Positions 53,566 through 63,085 of a DNA stretch of 64,000 nt are shown piece by piece. Position numbers and translations under genes: made by a program. Below the pieces are notes generated by a model. That model searched no databases, had not been told where the DNA came from, and saw only the letters and a list, made by a program, of their open reading frames with translations. How positions within the stretch are numbered: the stretch's first letter is position 1; each line of letters begins with the position of its first letter. The stretch spans positions 15,928-79,927 of the forward strand of contig CAMPBE010000003.1 of NCBI GenBank assembly GCA_946636615.1, given 5' to 3'. Source of the stretch: an uncultured bacterium (GTDB lineage Bacteria; Cyanobacteriota; Vampirovibrionia; Gastranaerophilales; Gastranaerophilaceae).

Positions 53566-54417
53566 TTATCCTTTTACAGCCCCGTCATTTTCGCCAGAGA
53601 TGAAGTATTTTTGCATAGCTAAAAAGAATATCAATATAGGAATTGTTGAAAGTATTGAGCCTGCAGCAATAAATCTCCAATTTGAACTAAACATTCCCTG
53701 TAAGTTGTTCACTCCAACAGGCAAAGTATACATGGCTTCTTTTGTTAAAACAATACTAGGCCATAAAAATTCACCCCAAGAACCTATAAATGTAAAAATT
53801 GCGAGAACAGCAAGAGACGGCTTAACCATAGGAAGTAAAACTTTCCAAAATATTTGAAAAACGTTACAGCCATCGACTATTGCAGCTTCTTCCATTTCTT
53901 TGGGGATGCCTAAAAAGGCTTGTCGCATTAAAAATATTCCAAATGCATTTACAGCAAACGGCAAAATAAGTCCCATAAAGCCGGCAAAGTTATTTATATT
54001 ATCTGTTAAGTGTAATTTTAATGTTATCAAATATACAGGAAGCATAATTGCCTGAAATGGTATCATAATAGTTGCAAGAATTGCGAAAAATGTTATTTTC
54101 TTTCCTTTAAATTCCATTCTTGCCAGAGGATATCCTGCCATAGCTGATAAAATTAGGTTTAATATAACAGTTACTCCAGCAACTATCATACTGTTGATAA
54201 AATATCCTATAAAATTAACTTTGTTCCATACTCCTGTATAATTTGACCATGTGAAATCCGTTGGTATTATCTGAGGTGGATATGCAAAGATATTTTCCGC
54301 ATTTCCTTTTAGTGAAGTTGAAATTAACCATATAAAAGGAAAAATAGAAAGCAAAGAAATTGTTATTAATATAATGTGTATCCATAAGTTTTTAAATTTC
54401 ATATTTCTTCCTTTCAA
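53566..54417 (-). CDS. Carbohydrate ABC transporter permease (MalG/UgpE-like)
   Basis: 283-aa ORF with 6 TM segments and the EAA-loop motif EEAAIVDGCNVFQIFWKVLLP. Confidence 0.88.
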   Translation of the reverse strand: MKGRNMKFKNLWIHIILITISLLSIFPFIWLISTSLKGNAENIFAYPPQIIPTDFTWSNYTGVWNKVNFIGYFINSMIVAGVTVILNLILSAMAGYPLARMEFKGKKITFFAILATIMIPFQAIMLPVYLITLKLHLTDNINNFAGFMGLILPFAVNAFGIFLMRQAFLGIPKEMEEAAIVDGCNVFQIFWKVLLPMVKPSLAVLAIFTFIGSWGEFLWPSIVLTKEAMYTLPVGVNNLQGMFSSNWRFIAAGSILSTIPILIFFLAMQKYFISGENDGAVKG

Positions 54418-55264
54418 AACAGAAAATATTTATTAAAGAAAAAATCATAACTATAATTAGTAATACAACTGCCATTGCAGAAGCAAAGCCTAAATCTAAA
54501 TTTTCAAAAGCTCTTTCATAAATATAATAAACAATTGTTTTGCTGGAATTTAGAGGTCCGCCTTTTGTCATAACGTAAATCTCGGCAAATACTTTCATAG
54601 CAGAAATTGCACTTATTGTAGAAACCAATGCTATAGTCGGCATTATATGTGGTATGGTTACTGTCAGATGTTTTGTTATAAAATTCGCACCATCAATATC
54701 GCAAGCTTCGTAAAGTTCTTGAGGAACACTCATCAATGCCGCAAGATATATTATCATATAATATCCGATACCCTTCCAAATAGTAACAATAATTACAGAC
54801 CATATCGAATATTTTGGATCTGTGAGCCAACCTATTGATTCAAATCCACAAAGGTTTACAAAGTAATTTAAAATACCTTGTTCTGCATATAACCATTTGA
54901 ATGCTATGGCTGCTACGACTATTGATACTATAACAGGTAGGTAAATTAAAATTTTGTATAGCGTTACACCCCTGAGTTTTTGATTAATTAAAATTGCAAG
55001 AAAAAGAGGGAAAATTACAAGAATTGGAACTGCACCTATTAAATACAAAAAAGTGTTCCATAATACTTTATAAAAAATTGGGTTATGAAACATATTTAAG
55101 TAATTTTTCAAACCTATAAATTCTGGTTTGTATATATTTGATGAATAATCTAAAAAGCTAAGCCCAAACGTTTGAAAAAATGGAATGAAGAAAAATACAA
55201 CCAACAAAATAACTGCGGGAAGTAAAAATAGATATGGAGCGTACTTAGAATGGAACTTAAACAT
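54392..55264 (-). CDS. Carbohydrate ABC transporter permease (MalF/UgpA-like)
   Basis: 290-aa ORF with 6 TM segments and the EAA-loop motif YEACDIDGANFITKHLTVTIP. Confidence 0.88.
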   Translation of the reverse strand: MFKFHSKYAPYLFLLPAVILLVVFFFIPFFQTFGLSFLDYSSNIYKPEFIGLKNYLNMFHNPIFYKVLWNTFLYLIGAVPILVIFPLFLAILINQKLRGVTLYKILIYLPVIVSIVVAAIAFKWLYAEQGILNYFVNLCGFESIGWLTDPKYSIWSVIIVTIWKGIGYYMIIYLAALMSVPQELYEACDIDGANFITKHLTVTIPHIMPTIALVSTISAISAMKVFAEIYVMTKGGPLNSSKTIVYYIYERAFENLDLGFASAMAVVLLIIVMIFSLINIFCFERKKYEI

Positions 55265-55317
55265 ATTGTAATTATATTTAAGTTCTTATTTTTTTTCAAA
55301 TATATTAAATAATATTA

Positions 55318-56628
55318 TCAAATGATTCTGTGTGGTTTTGTAAGCAATTTTGCATCAACACGTTCTTTTATTGCGCCTTCCGGTTCGTAATAAGGAGATA
55401 CAGTCATTATTTTAGCCGCAATATCAGGGTAATAATAAATAAATCTCAGTTCACTTGATGTCAACGGCTTTTGTGTGTGGACATTTGCATAACGAGCAAG
55501 TTCAAGAATATTTCTGGCTTCATGTTCGTCCTTAAATTCCAATTCAAGGTTATCATAAACATTTCTAAAACCTTTAATACCACCGTACTCACCTGTTGTA
55601 ATCATTCGACCTGTTTCGATGATTTCAGGTTCACCCCTGCCAAGTTCCTCAAAATCGTATAATTCGTAATTTCTTCTGTCTTTGAGTGCTCCGTCTGCGT
55701 GAATTCCCGATTCGTGAGCGAAGGCGTTATCTCCTACTGCAGGCTGGTTTATCGGGATTGGAACTCCAAATGCATAAGCAGTATATTTAGCAAGTTTCCA
55801 TGTTTTGCTTAAATCAATGTTCGGGTCGATGTGATATTTGCCTCTGAATCCTGCGGATTTGAGTATTGCAAGCAAGCAAGAAACTAAGTCTGCATTTCCT
55901 GCACGTTCGCCCATTCCGTTTATTGCTGTGTTGATGTACGCATCAACTCCTGCATCAATCGCAGCTTTGGCACCCATAACAGAACAGGCTGTTGCCATGC
56001 CTAAATCGTTATGAAAATGTGTTTCTATAGGCATATGAACTTCTTTTGCAATTGTATAAATTCTGTCATATGTTGTTTTTGGATCTTCAAAGCCCAAAGT
56101 GTCACAATATCTAAACCTTTTTGCACCGCATCTTTTAGCTTCTTTTGCGAATCTTATCAAAAATTCTAAATCGCTTCTTGATGCATCTTCAGCATTTACT
56201 CCAATAATTTCTGCATTTTTGGAAACTGCGCATTCAACGGCCTCGCAAGTCATATTAATTATGTCTTGTGGAGTTTTTTTGCCCATATATTTACCGTTAA
56301 TCATTTGTTCAGAAGTTGATTGTGAAAGATTTACGTTTTTTAATTTTGGGACATTGTTAAATGAAAGTTCAACGTCGGATGCTATAGCTCTCATCCAGCC
56401 TGAAAGTTTTGTACGTGATATAACATTTCTTTCAACGAGTTCTAAATTCCCGTTTAAATAGTTAATTTCGTGCTTTGTAGTTGGAAATCCAAATTCCGAT
56501 TGAGTTATACCCATATCATCAAGCATCAAATTTATGATTGTTTTTTGAAGTTTTGCCAAACCTAAGCGAGATGTTTGTACCCCGTCTCTGTTAGTTACGT
56601 CTACAAAATATATTTTGTTGTCTGTCAT
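55318..56628 (-). CDS. HMGL-family synthase (homocitrate / 2-isopropylmalate / citramalate synthase-like)
   Basis: DVTNRDGVQ, HFHNDLGMATA and GERAGNA motifs. The substrate cannot be assigned from sequence alone. Confidence 0.8.
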   Translation of the reverse strand: MTDNKIYFVDVTNRDGVQTSRLGLAKLQKTIINLMLDDMGITQSEFGFPTTKHEINYLNGNLELVERNVISRTKLSGWMRAIASDVELSFNNVPKLKNVNLSQSTSEQMINGKYMGKKTPQDIINMTCEAVECAVSKNAEIIGVNAEDASRSDLEFLIRFAKEAKRCGAKRFRYCDTLGFEDPKTTYDRIYTIAKEVHMPIETHFHNDLGMATACSVMGAKAAIDAGVDAYINTAINGMGERAGNADLVSCLLAILKSAGFRGKYHIDPNIDLSKTWKLAKYTAYAFGVPIPINQPAVGDNAFAHESGIHADGALKDRRNYELYDFEELGRGEPEIIETGRMITTGEYGGIKGFRNVYDNLELEFKDEHEARNILELARYANVHTQKPLTSSELRFIYYYPDIAAKIMTVSPYYEPEGAIKERVDAKLLTKPHRII

Positions 56629-56734
56629 ATTGATTATCCCTTTTTTGTTATGTTAATTACTTGCTTTTTTTAGCTAAATTAATTACAATAATTAGTATGG
56701 AACCTTTTATGTGTTCTGTCAAGTGAATTTTAAT

Positions 56735-58327
56735 ATGTCGAATTTAAAGCAGTTAGAAAAAAAAATTAATAAAGAATACAAAACAGGTAATGTAAAGTCT
56801 GCCATTGAGCTTTGTCAGATAGGTTTGCAGGACGATCCGACAAATGCTGATTTGCATGTTCGCCTTGGTGATTTGTATTTGGAGTGGCATTTAGATATTT
56901 ATAATTCTTGTCAGTACATTGATGAGGCAATTACGGAATATCAAAGAGCTTTAGAAACATATATTGATTCGGCAGAGATTTATTTTAAAATTGGGCAAGC
57001 TCATTATCACAAAGGTGATTTGGATAAAGCAATTAATTATCTTGATATGGCTGTTTCTAAAGATGAAAAATTAGGCAAAGCATATTATTTGCTGGCAGAA
57101 ACTTATACAAGGAAAGCCAGATTTTCGGATGCGGTTATGAGTGCTAAAAAGGCGATAAAAACTATGCCACTTAGAAATTCATGTGCACACTTTTTGCTTT
57201 CAAGCCTTTATAATATATCTTCTGCAAGAAGTTTTAAGAATTATATGCTTTCAAAATCTGAATTTATTCTCTCATTGCTAACTTTGCCTTTTGACAGAAT
57301 TGCAATAGGAAACGTTTTTAAAACAATATCTTATGCAAAATTTTTGCCAATGCTTGTAAAAGGTGCTTATCTTTATCAAACAAATAATTTATCAGGCGCA
57401 TTGGAGGTATATTCGGAAGCTATTGATAAAGCTCCGGGGTTTGTTCCTTTATATTGTCTTTTGGGAGATATTTACCGTTCGCTTGGTAGGTTCGAAGATG
57501 CAATTACTGAATATAAGATGGCAATATGGCTTGATTCTTTGAATATCCCTGCATACAGGCATCTGTGCCAAGCATATGAAGAACAGGGTGATTATGACAG
57601 TGCTGTAGAAATTTATGAAAAATTAATTCAAATTATGCCTAATATGCCGGATGTTCATTCTAATTTGGCAAATATCTTATATGTAAAAGGTGATATTGAT
57701 GGAGCAATTTCGCATTTTCAGACTGCTGTTACATTAAATCCCAGAAAACAATGGACAAGTGTTGTAAATCAAACTTTAGGGTTTGTATATCAGGAATCAA
57801 AGCAGGATATTGATGCGGCTATAAGTTCTTATCAAAGTGCATATCTTCAAACTCCAAAAGATATTGACATATATGTAAATTTGGGAAGTGCTTTTTATGA
57901 TAAAGAAGATATTGAAAATGCTTTGCAAGTTTATAGAAACGCTCTTGATCTTGATCCTGAGAATGCAAAAATTCATTGTAACTTAGGCTTTTTGTATTGG
58001 GGTAAAGGTGATATTGATGAAGCTTTAAAGGAATATCAGTTGGCTATAGATTATGATCCTAATTATGATATTGCCTACAACAATATGGGTGTTATTTATC
58101 TTGACGATTTGGGAAGGGTAAAGCAAGCTATAGATTTATTTACAAAGTCAGTAGAATGTAATCCTAATTATGCCCTAGCACATTTTAATCTCGCTCGCTC
58201 TATTGCTATAACAGGTGACAAAATTGAAGCTGCAAAATTGTATCAGATTGCTCAGGATATTAATAAAATAACCGGTGAAATTGACCCTCAGGATATTGTT
58301 GATAAGATTAACGATTTGTTTAATTAA
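56735..58327 (+). CDS. TPR-repeat protein
   Basis: Multiple TPR units throughout, for example AYNNMGVIY and AHFNLARSI. The start is placed at the first ATG (MSNLKQ). Confidence 0.8.
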   Translation: MSNLKQLEKKINKEYKTGNVKSAIELCQIGLQDDPTNADLHVRLGDLYLEWHLDIYNSCQYIDEAITEYQRALETYIDSAEIYFKIGQAHYHKGDLDKAINYLDMAVSKDEKLGKAYYLLAETYTRKARFSDAVMSAKKAIKTMPLRNSCAHFLLSSLYNISSARSFKNYMLSKSEFILSLLTLPFDRIAIGNVFKTISYAKFLPMLVKGAYLYQTNNLSGALEVYSEAIDKAPGFVPLYCLLGDIYRSLGRFEDAITEYKMAIWLDSLNIPAYRHLCQAYEEQGDYDSAVEIYEKLIQIMPNMPDVHSNLANILYVKGDIDGAISHFQTAVTLNPRKQWTSVVNQTLGFVYQESKQDIDAAISSYQSAYLQTPKDIDIYVNLGSAFYDKEDIENALQVYRNALDLDPENAKIHCNLGFLYWGKGDIDEALKEYQLAIDYDPNYDIAYNNMGVIYLDDLGRVKQAIDLFTKSVECNPNYALAHFNLARSIAITGDKIEAAKLYQIAQDINKITGEIDPQDIVDKINDLFN

Positions 58328-58335
58328 TTTTTACT

Positions 58336-59037
58336 ATGAAAATATTTAAGAAAATTGGTAACAGATTTATATTTTTTGATAAATGGTCTTTTTGCTTCAA
58401 AGGAAAACTTAGAAAATATGTGACTTTGGGCGTAAATTGTTTCCCTCGTACAAAGTTAACTAAATTTGGTATTAAAGCAAAAAAGGCAGATGGAGAATTA
58501 AGTTATCCTTTTGATTTGTGCTTTATTCCGTTAAAATCAGTTAGCAATATATTACAAAATGACTTTAATGATTATTTTGATGATTTGATTTTTGATAATG
58601 CAAAAAATATTTGGACAAATAAAAAATATGCTATCTTATATTGGCACGACAAAAATATTGATTTTGAATCCTTTAAAATTAGATATAATAATAGAATAGA
58701 AAATTTTAAGAAAGTGCTGTCATCTGACGAAAACCTTAATTTTATTTCGGTTATATTTGATGAAGATTATGATGAAAGTTTATATAAAACAGTGTTTGGT
58801 GCTTTAACAAAATATTGTGCAGGTGATTTTAAATATTTAATAGTAAATATTAAGGCAAATCCAAAAACTAAAGAATTAATAAAAATTTCAAATAATATTT
58901 ATTACAAAGAACTACAAGAACCTTGTAAAAATTATAAAGAATGCTGGACTGACAGTAATATTGATAAAGTAGTTCCAAATATGTATGTTTTTTATGAGCA
59001 ATATGTTGATACTGTTATAAGTTTAGATTACTTGTAA
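58336..59037 (+). CDS. Hypothetical protein (weak resemblance to the DUF1796 papain-like fold)
   Basis: 233-aa ORF. The LGVNCFPR...YPFD pattern recalls DUF1796, but this is recognition by eye only. Confidence 0.5.
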   Translation: MKIFKKIGNRFIFFDKWSFCFKGKLRKYVTLGVNCFPRTKLTKFGIKAKKADGELSYPFDLCFIPLKSVSNILQNDFNDYFDDLIFDNAKNIWTNKKYAILYWHDKNIDFESFKIRYNNRIENFKKVLSSDENLNFISVIFDEDYDESLYKTVFGALTKYCAGDFKYLIVNIKANPKTKELIKISNNIYYKELQEPCKNYKECWTDSNIDKVVPNMYVFYEQYVDTVISLDYL

Positions 59038-59771
59038 ATTTTATTCCCAATTTGGACGCTTTTTACGTACATATCTTCGCAGGCTCCGTAACCTCTGCTT
59101 GTTGCATTATTGTCGTATCTTGACATGCTTGTCTTAGCTACAATTTGACCGTCTGAATCTTTATAGATGTCGACAAGATAACCATCAAGTTTTACATAAT
59201 CGTTCTTTTTTATTTTTAAAAGAGCACTCATAATGTTAGAATTAGCAGGTATCATATGTGTATGAGAAAGGTGGGAGCTCATATATTCTATTGACCATGG
59301 AACTTCGTTGTATGGAGGTTTGGTTCTCCAATCAAGACTTCTTGCTTGTCCTAAGGTTTTGTGAGATTTGAATTTCATATGTTTGTAGAGCCTGTGTCTG
59401 TCTGTTGCTAAATCACCCCACACAAATCCAAAGTCTATTAAGCATACATCATCAAATGTGCTGCGCATTATATCTCTGAACCAAAAATTACTGTTTTTTG
59501 CCACTACAAGTGCAGAAATTGAATATTCGGCCTGCGGATCTAATGCGTATTTGTTCTTTTCTCCGTATACCCTTATTAATTCTTGGTTTTTTATATCTGT
59601 TTGTTTTGGTTCATTTTTTACATTAATTATGTTGTCTGTTGTTTCTGTTATTTTAGGAAAGCTGTATTGAATTCTAAATAGTATGTCTCCCAATATTGAA
59701 TTTATGCAGATTAATATAAATACAATAAGTGAAAATTTGCAAAACCAATTCCAAACTCTTTCAAAATCCAT
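59028..59771 (-). CDS. Hypothetical membrane-anchored protein, last gene of the histidine-kinase operon
   Basis: 247-aa ORF with an N-terminal TM helix. Its start lies 2 nt after the kinase stop. Confidence 0.65.
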   Translation of the reverse strand: MDFERVWNWFCKFSLIVFILICINSILGDILFRIQYSFPKITETTDNIINVKNEPKQTDIKNQELIRVYGEKNKYALDPQAEYSISALVVAKNSNFWFRDIMRSTFDDVCLIDFGFVWGDLATDRHRLYKHMKFKSHKTLGQARSLDWRTKPPYNEVPWSIEYMSSHLSHTHMIPANSNIMSALLKIKKNDYVKLDGYLVDIYKDSDGQIVAKTSMSRYDNNATSRGYGACEDMYVKSVQIGNKIYK

Positions 59772-59773
59772 AA

Positions 59774-61543
59774 TTATACCAAACTTTCATCGTATATATT
59801 AATAGGTAAGACAATGCCAAATGTTGAACCTTTACCAATGTCTGATTTTACATAAACTTTGCCGTTGTGATATTTTTCTATTGTTGTTTTAACAAGATGT
59901 AGACCTAAGCCGGTTCCTTTTACTGTGTGAATATTGTTTTCTACTCTGTAAAATCTGTCAAATATTTTGTCATGAAATTCGGGAGCAATACCGCAACCTT
60001 GATCTGTTACGGTGATTTCTGCATTGTCATCTTGTTTATGTATGCATACCTTAATTTCTCCGTTTTCGGGAGAATATTTTATCGCATTTGAAAGTAGGTT
60101 GGTCAATGCTCTTTCTATTCCGTCATAATTAAATAAAAACTCAGGAATATTTTCGTCTTGTTCTATAGTGATAGTTAAATTATGCTCTTTGGTTAATGCT
60201 TTTACTTCATTAACGCAATTATTAACAACTTGATATATGCTGTTAATTGATTTTTCCATATGTGCGTTAGCCTCTATTCTTGAAAAATCAAGTATATCGT
60301 TAACCATTCTGTTTAATCTTATGATTTCTTGATTTATAGTTCCGATAAATTCTTTTTGGGTATCATAATCAAAATCGTTTCCGTAGTTGTATAAAGTATC
60401 TATGTAGCTTCTTAAAACAGTAACAGGAGTTCTTAATTCGTGCGAAACATTTGAGATAAACGTTGAGCGCATTGCATCCATTTCAGCTTCTTTTGTCATG
60501 TCTATAAGTACAATTATGTAGCCTACATAATCCTTATTTCTTGTAAACATTGGAGAAATTATTGATTTTATTACTTTATTATCAACTTTTATATTAAATT
60601 CAATAGGTTTATTTTCCATAATTTCAAGCGGAGTGTCTTTGAATTCTTCGATTTTATCTTTAAAACAATAATTGCCAGCTGTATCGATATAATTTTGGAT
60701 TTTCATGTCAAGCATTTGATTGTTTTCTAACTCCAGAAGTTTGTGAGCGTGATCGTTTACCATAACAACATTGTCGTTGTTGTTACATACAACAACGCCG
60801 TTTGCGATACTCATCAATATTGCTTCAAGTTTGTTTCTTTCTAATGTCAATTGTTCAATATTTTGTTCTTCATAAATGTGAAGTTTGTGTGACATATTGT
60901 TAAAAGCATTAAACAACTCTTTAACTTCTGAGCTGACATCTTCACCTTCAATTTTGTATCCAAATTTTCCGCCTGATATTTGTTGTACACCGTCGTGTAG
61001 TATTCTTAGTTCTCTTGTTATCAAATAGGTATTTATCAAGATTACAAAAGCAAAAACAATCCAAGCTACTGTAAATACAAACATCATAGAAATTCTTGTT
61101 GTATTTGATATTTGTAATATGATTTTTCCTGATAGGCCTACAGTTGCAGAACCTATGTTTCTGTATCCGTCAACAATAATTGGGGAATTAACCGTAATAT
61201 TTGGAATCTTTGAATTCCCTTGTTCACCTGATTTATAGATGACATTTCCTTGTGCATCTTTAAATTCTATAAAAACAATGTCGCTGTGCGCAGAAACTAT
61301 TGTATCTGTGTAATCTTTTAGGGCTTTATAAACCTCATCTTTAGAATATTTTTTATCAATTTCTATATATTCAATAGCAAGCATTTTAGATACAACTTGT
61401 CCGAAATTATGGTAGCCTTCATTCAATCTTTTTTGAATATTGACAATGGCAAAAAACGCTATAGCTACGATTAAAATCGTGCTAAAAATAAGCCCTGATA
61501 TAATTAAACGGTTTTGAGTTGTTATACTTGCTTGTTTAGCCAT
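59774..61543 (-). CDS. Sensor histidine kinase (2 TM, HAMP, PAS-like, HisKA, HATPase_c)
   Basis: H-box SHELRTPVT, N-box LLSNAIKYS, G1 DQGCGI and G2 GTGLGLHLV. Confidence 0.9.
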   Translation of the reverse strand: MAKQASITTQNRLIISGLIFSTILIVAIAFFAIVNIQKRLNEGYHNFGQVVSKMLAIEYIEIDKKYSKDEVYKALKDYTDTIVSAHSDIVFIEFKDAQGNVIYKSGEQGNSKIPNITVNSPIIVDGYRNIGSATVGLSGKIILQISNTTRISMMFVFTVAWIVFAFVILINTYLITRELRILHDGVQQISGGKFGYKIEGEDVSSEVKELFNAFNNMSHKLHIYEEQNIEQLTLERNKLEAILMSIANGVVVCNNNDNVVMVNDHAHKLLELENNQMLDMKIQNYIDTAGNYCFKDKIEEFKDTPLEIMENKPIEFNIKVDNKVIKSIISPMFTRNKDYVGYIIVLIDMTKEAEMDAMRSTFISNVSHELRTPVTVLRSYIDTLYNYGNDFDYDTQKEFIGTINQEIIRLNRMVNDILDFSRIEANAHMEKSINSIYQVVNNCVNEVKALTKEHNLTITIEQDENIPEFLFNYDGIERALTNLLSNAIKYSPENGEIKVCIHKQDDNAEITVTDQGCGIAPEFHDKIFDRFYRVENNIHTVKGTGLGLHLVKTTIEKYHNGKVYVKSDIGKGSTFGIVLPINIYDESLV

Positions 61544-61584
61544 AATTAGATTATATCACTCGAATGAATCTCTCGCAAGTATTT

Positions 61585-62943
61585 TTAGTCATAAAGTGGT
61601 CTTCGGTCGAAACGTTCACCCTCAACAAAAGATGATTTAACCAAATTCTTATCTTTGTCAAGTATTTCTGTTATTGTATTTGTTTGCCATTCGCTTGGAC
61701 GTCCATAAAAATCATGGTCCCAACTTGCGTGCTGTAATATTACTCGTCTGTATCCTGTGTGGTGACCTTTTTCATCAAATATTTTTGCTACAGATGAAAC
61801 TTCATATTTTTGTCTCTCGCCAATACGATAATCTTTAGGGATGTATGCATCGGCTTCTGCGAGTTCATCTTTTATATAAACATCTTTTGCACCTGAATTG
61901 TATCTTCTTTCTCGAATTCCTGTTTTGTCAGAGTATTCTGTATAGTCTGCACCTTTTGGGGTGTGTTCCATAGATACTTCTTCAAATTTGTTTTCTGAAT
62001 TTTTGATATAGTTTTTTGAGGTTACAGCATAGTCACTTGTGGATATTTCCTGTTTATTAAAGATACCGTTTTCGTCTTTAAATATTTTTGTATTTTCTGA
62101 AAAACATAGTTTTCCGTTGCTGTATGCGGTGTGATTTCTTATTCCCTTTTCCGGTATATGATTAATTTGCGCCAGCTCTAAATCCCCACTACAGTATGAA
62201 TAAGAATAATAATTATTCCAATTTTCAACATTTGAAATTTTATTATTGTTGTATGTATAGTTTTTAAAACTCATGTATCTCGAATCAGCCTGCACTTTTA
62301 TACTTCTAACCAATTGTCCGTCTTGGTATTTGAGATAATATTTATCCACAGCATATTCTGATTTTTTTACATTTTTTATTATATATCCTGTGTAGTTTTC
62401 GCCTGTTGAGAGAATAGCTTTGCCTTTTTCAAACTTACCTACTTTGTTAAATTCCTCAACAGTTAGGTGTTCAACTTCATCTAATTCTTCTTCAAGTATT
62501 CTTTCGAAATCTACTCTATGTTCGCATTTGAAGTACCCTTTTGCGTTCATTGCTTCTTTTAATTCATTGAGTTTTTCTCCGATAGTATCAACTATTTTAG
62601 CTTTTTGTGGAGCAACATCTTCAACTATTTCTTCTATATTTTCCACAATTGTTTCTGTTTGCTGTTTGTTAGTCGAACCAAGCAATAATGGTTCTGTGTT
62701 TTTTATTTCTTCTGCAGGTTTTGTATGCTCAGCAGCTTGATTTAAAACTTCTGCCGCTTTTCCGCCTCGTCCTTTCATTGCGAAATAAATACCGCCGGCA
62801 GCTAATACCGCAAGACTTCCTAACAAAAGATAATTAGTCAAATTTTTGTTGTCTTCTTTTGATTCACTTTTTTTAACGAATTCTGTTGCCGTTTTTTGTT
62901 GAACTGTTTTATTATTTACACTGTTTATAGAGTTTACTGACAT
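61585..62943 (-). CDS. Hypothetical single-pass membrane protein (452 aa)
   Basis: AGGTGA lies upstream. The ORF has a TM helix, LLLGSLAVLAAGGIYFAM, an acidic linker and a Tyr/Asn/Lys-rich beta-type C-terminal domain. Confidence 0.65.
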   Translation of the reverse strand: MSVNSINSVNNKTVQQKTATEFVKKSESKEDNKNLTNYLLLGSLAVLAAGGIYFAMKGRGGKAAEVLNQAAEHTKPAEEIKNTEPLLLGSTNKQQTETIVENIEEIVEDVAPQKAKIVDTIGEKLNELKEAMNAKGYFKCEHRVDFERILEEELDEVEHLTVEEFNKVGKFEKGKAILSTGENYTGYIIKNVKKSEYAVDKYYLKYQDGQLVRSIKVQADSRYMSFKNYTYNNNKISNVENWNNYYSYSYCSGDLELAQINHIPEKGIRNHTAYSNGKLCFSENTKIFKDENGIFNKQEISTSDYAVTSKNYIKNSENKFEEVSMEHTPKGADYTEYSDKTGIRERRYNSGAKDVYIKDELAEADAYIPKDYRIGERQKYEVSSVAKIFDEKGHHTGYRRVILQHASWDHDFYGRPSEWQTNTITEILDKDKNLVKSSFVEGERFDRRPLYD

Positions 62944-63085
62944 ACTTCACCTATATATAATGTAAAAATTATGAATAATTAATTTTGCTTAAATCTTTTG
63001 TTATATTAATAAATTGTAACATTAATTTTGTAGTTTATTTTATTAATTTTTTGCCCAAAAATTTTTAATATGCTAAATATATAAT

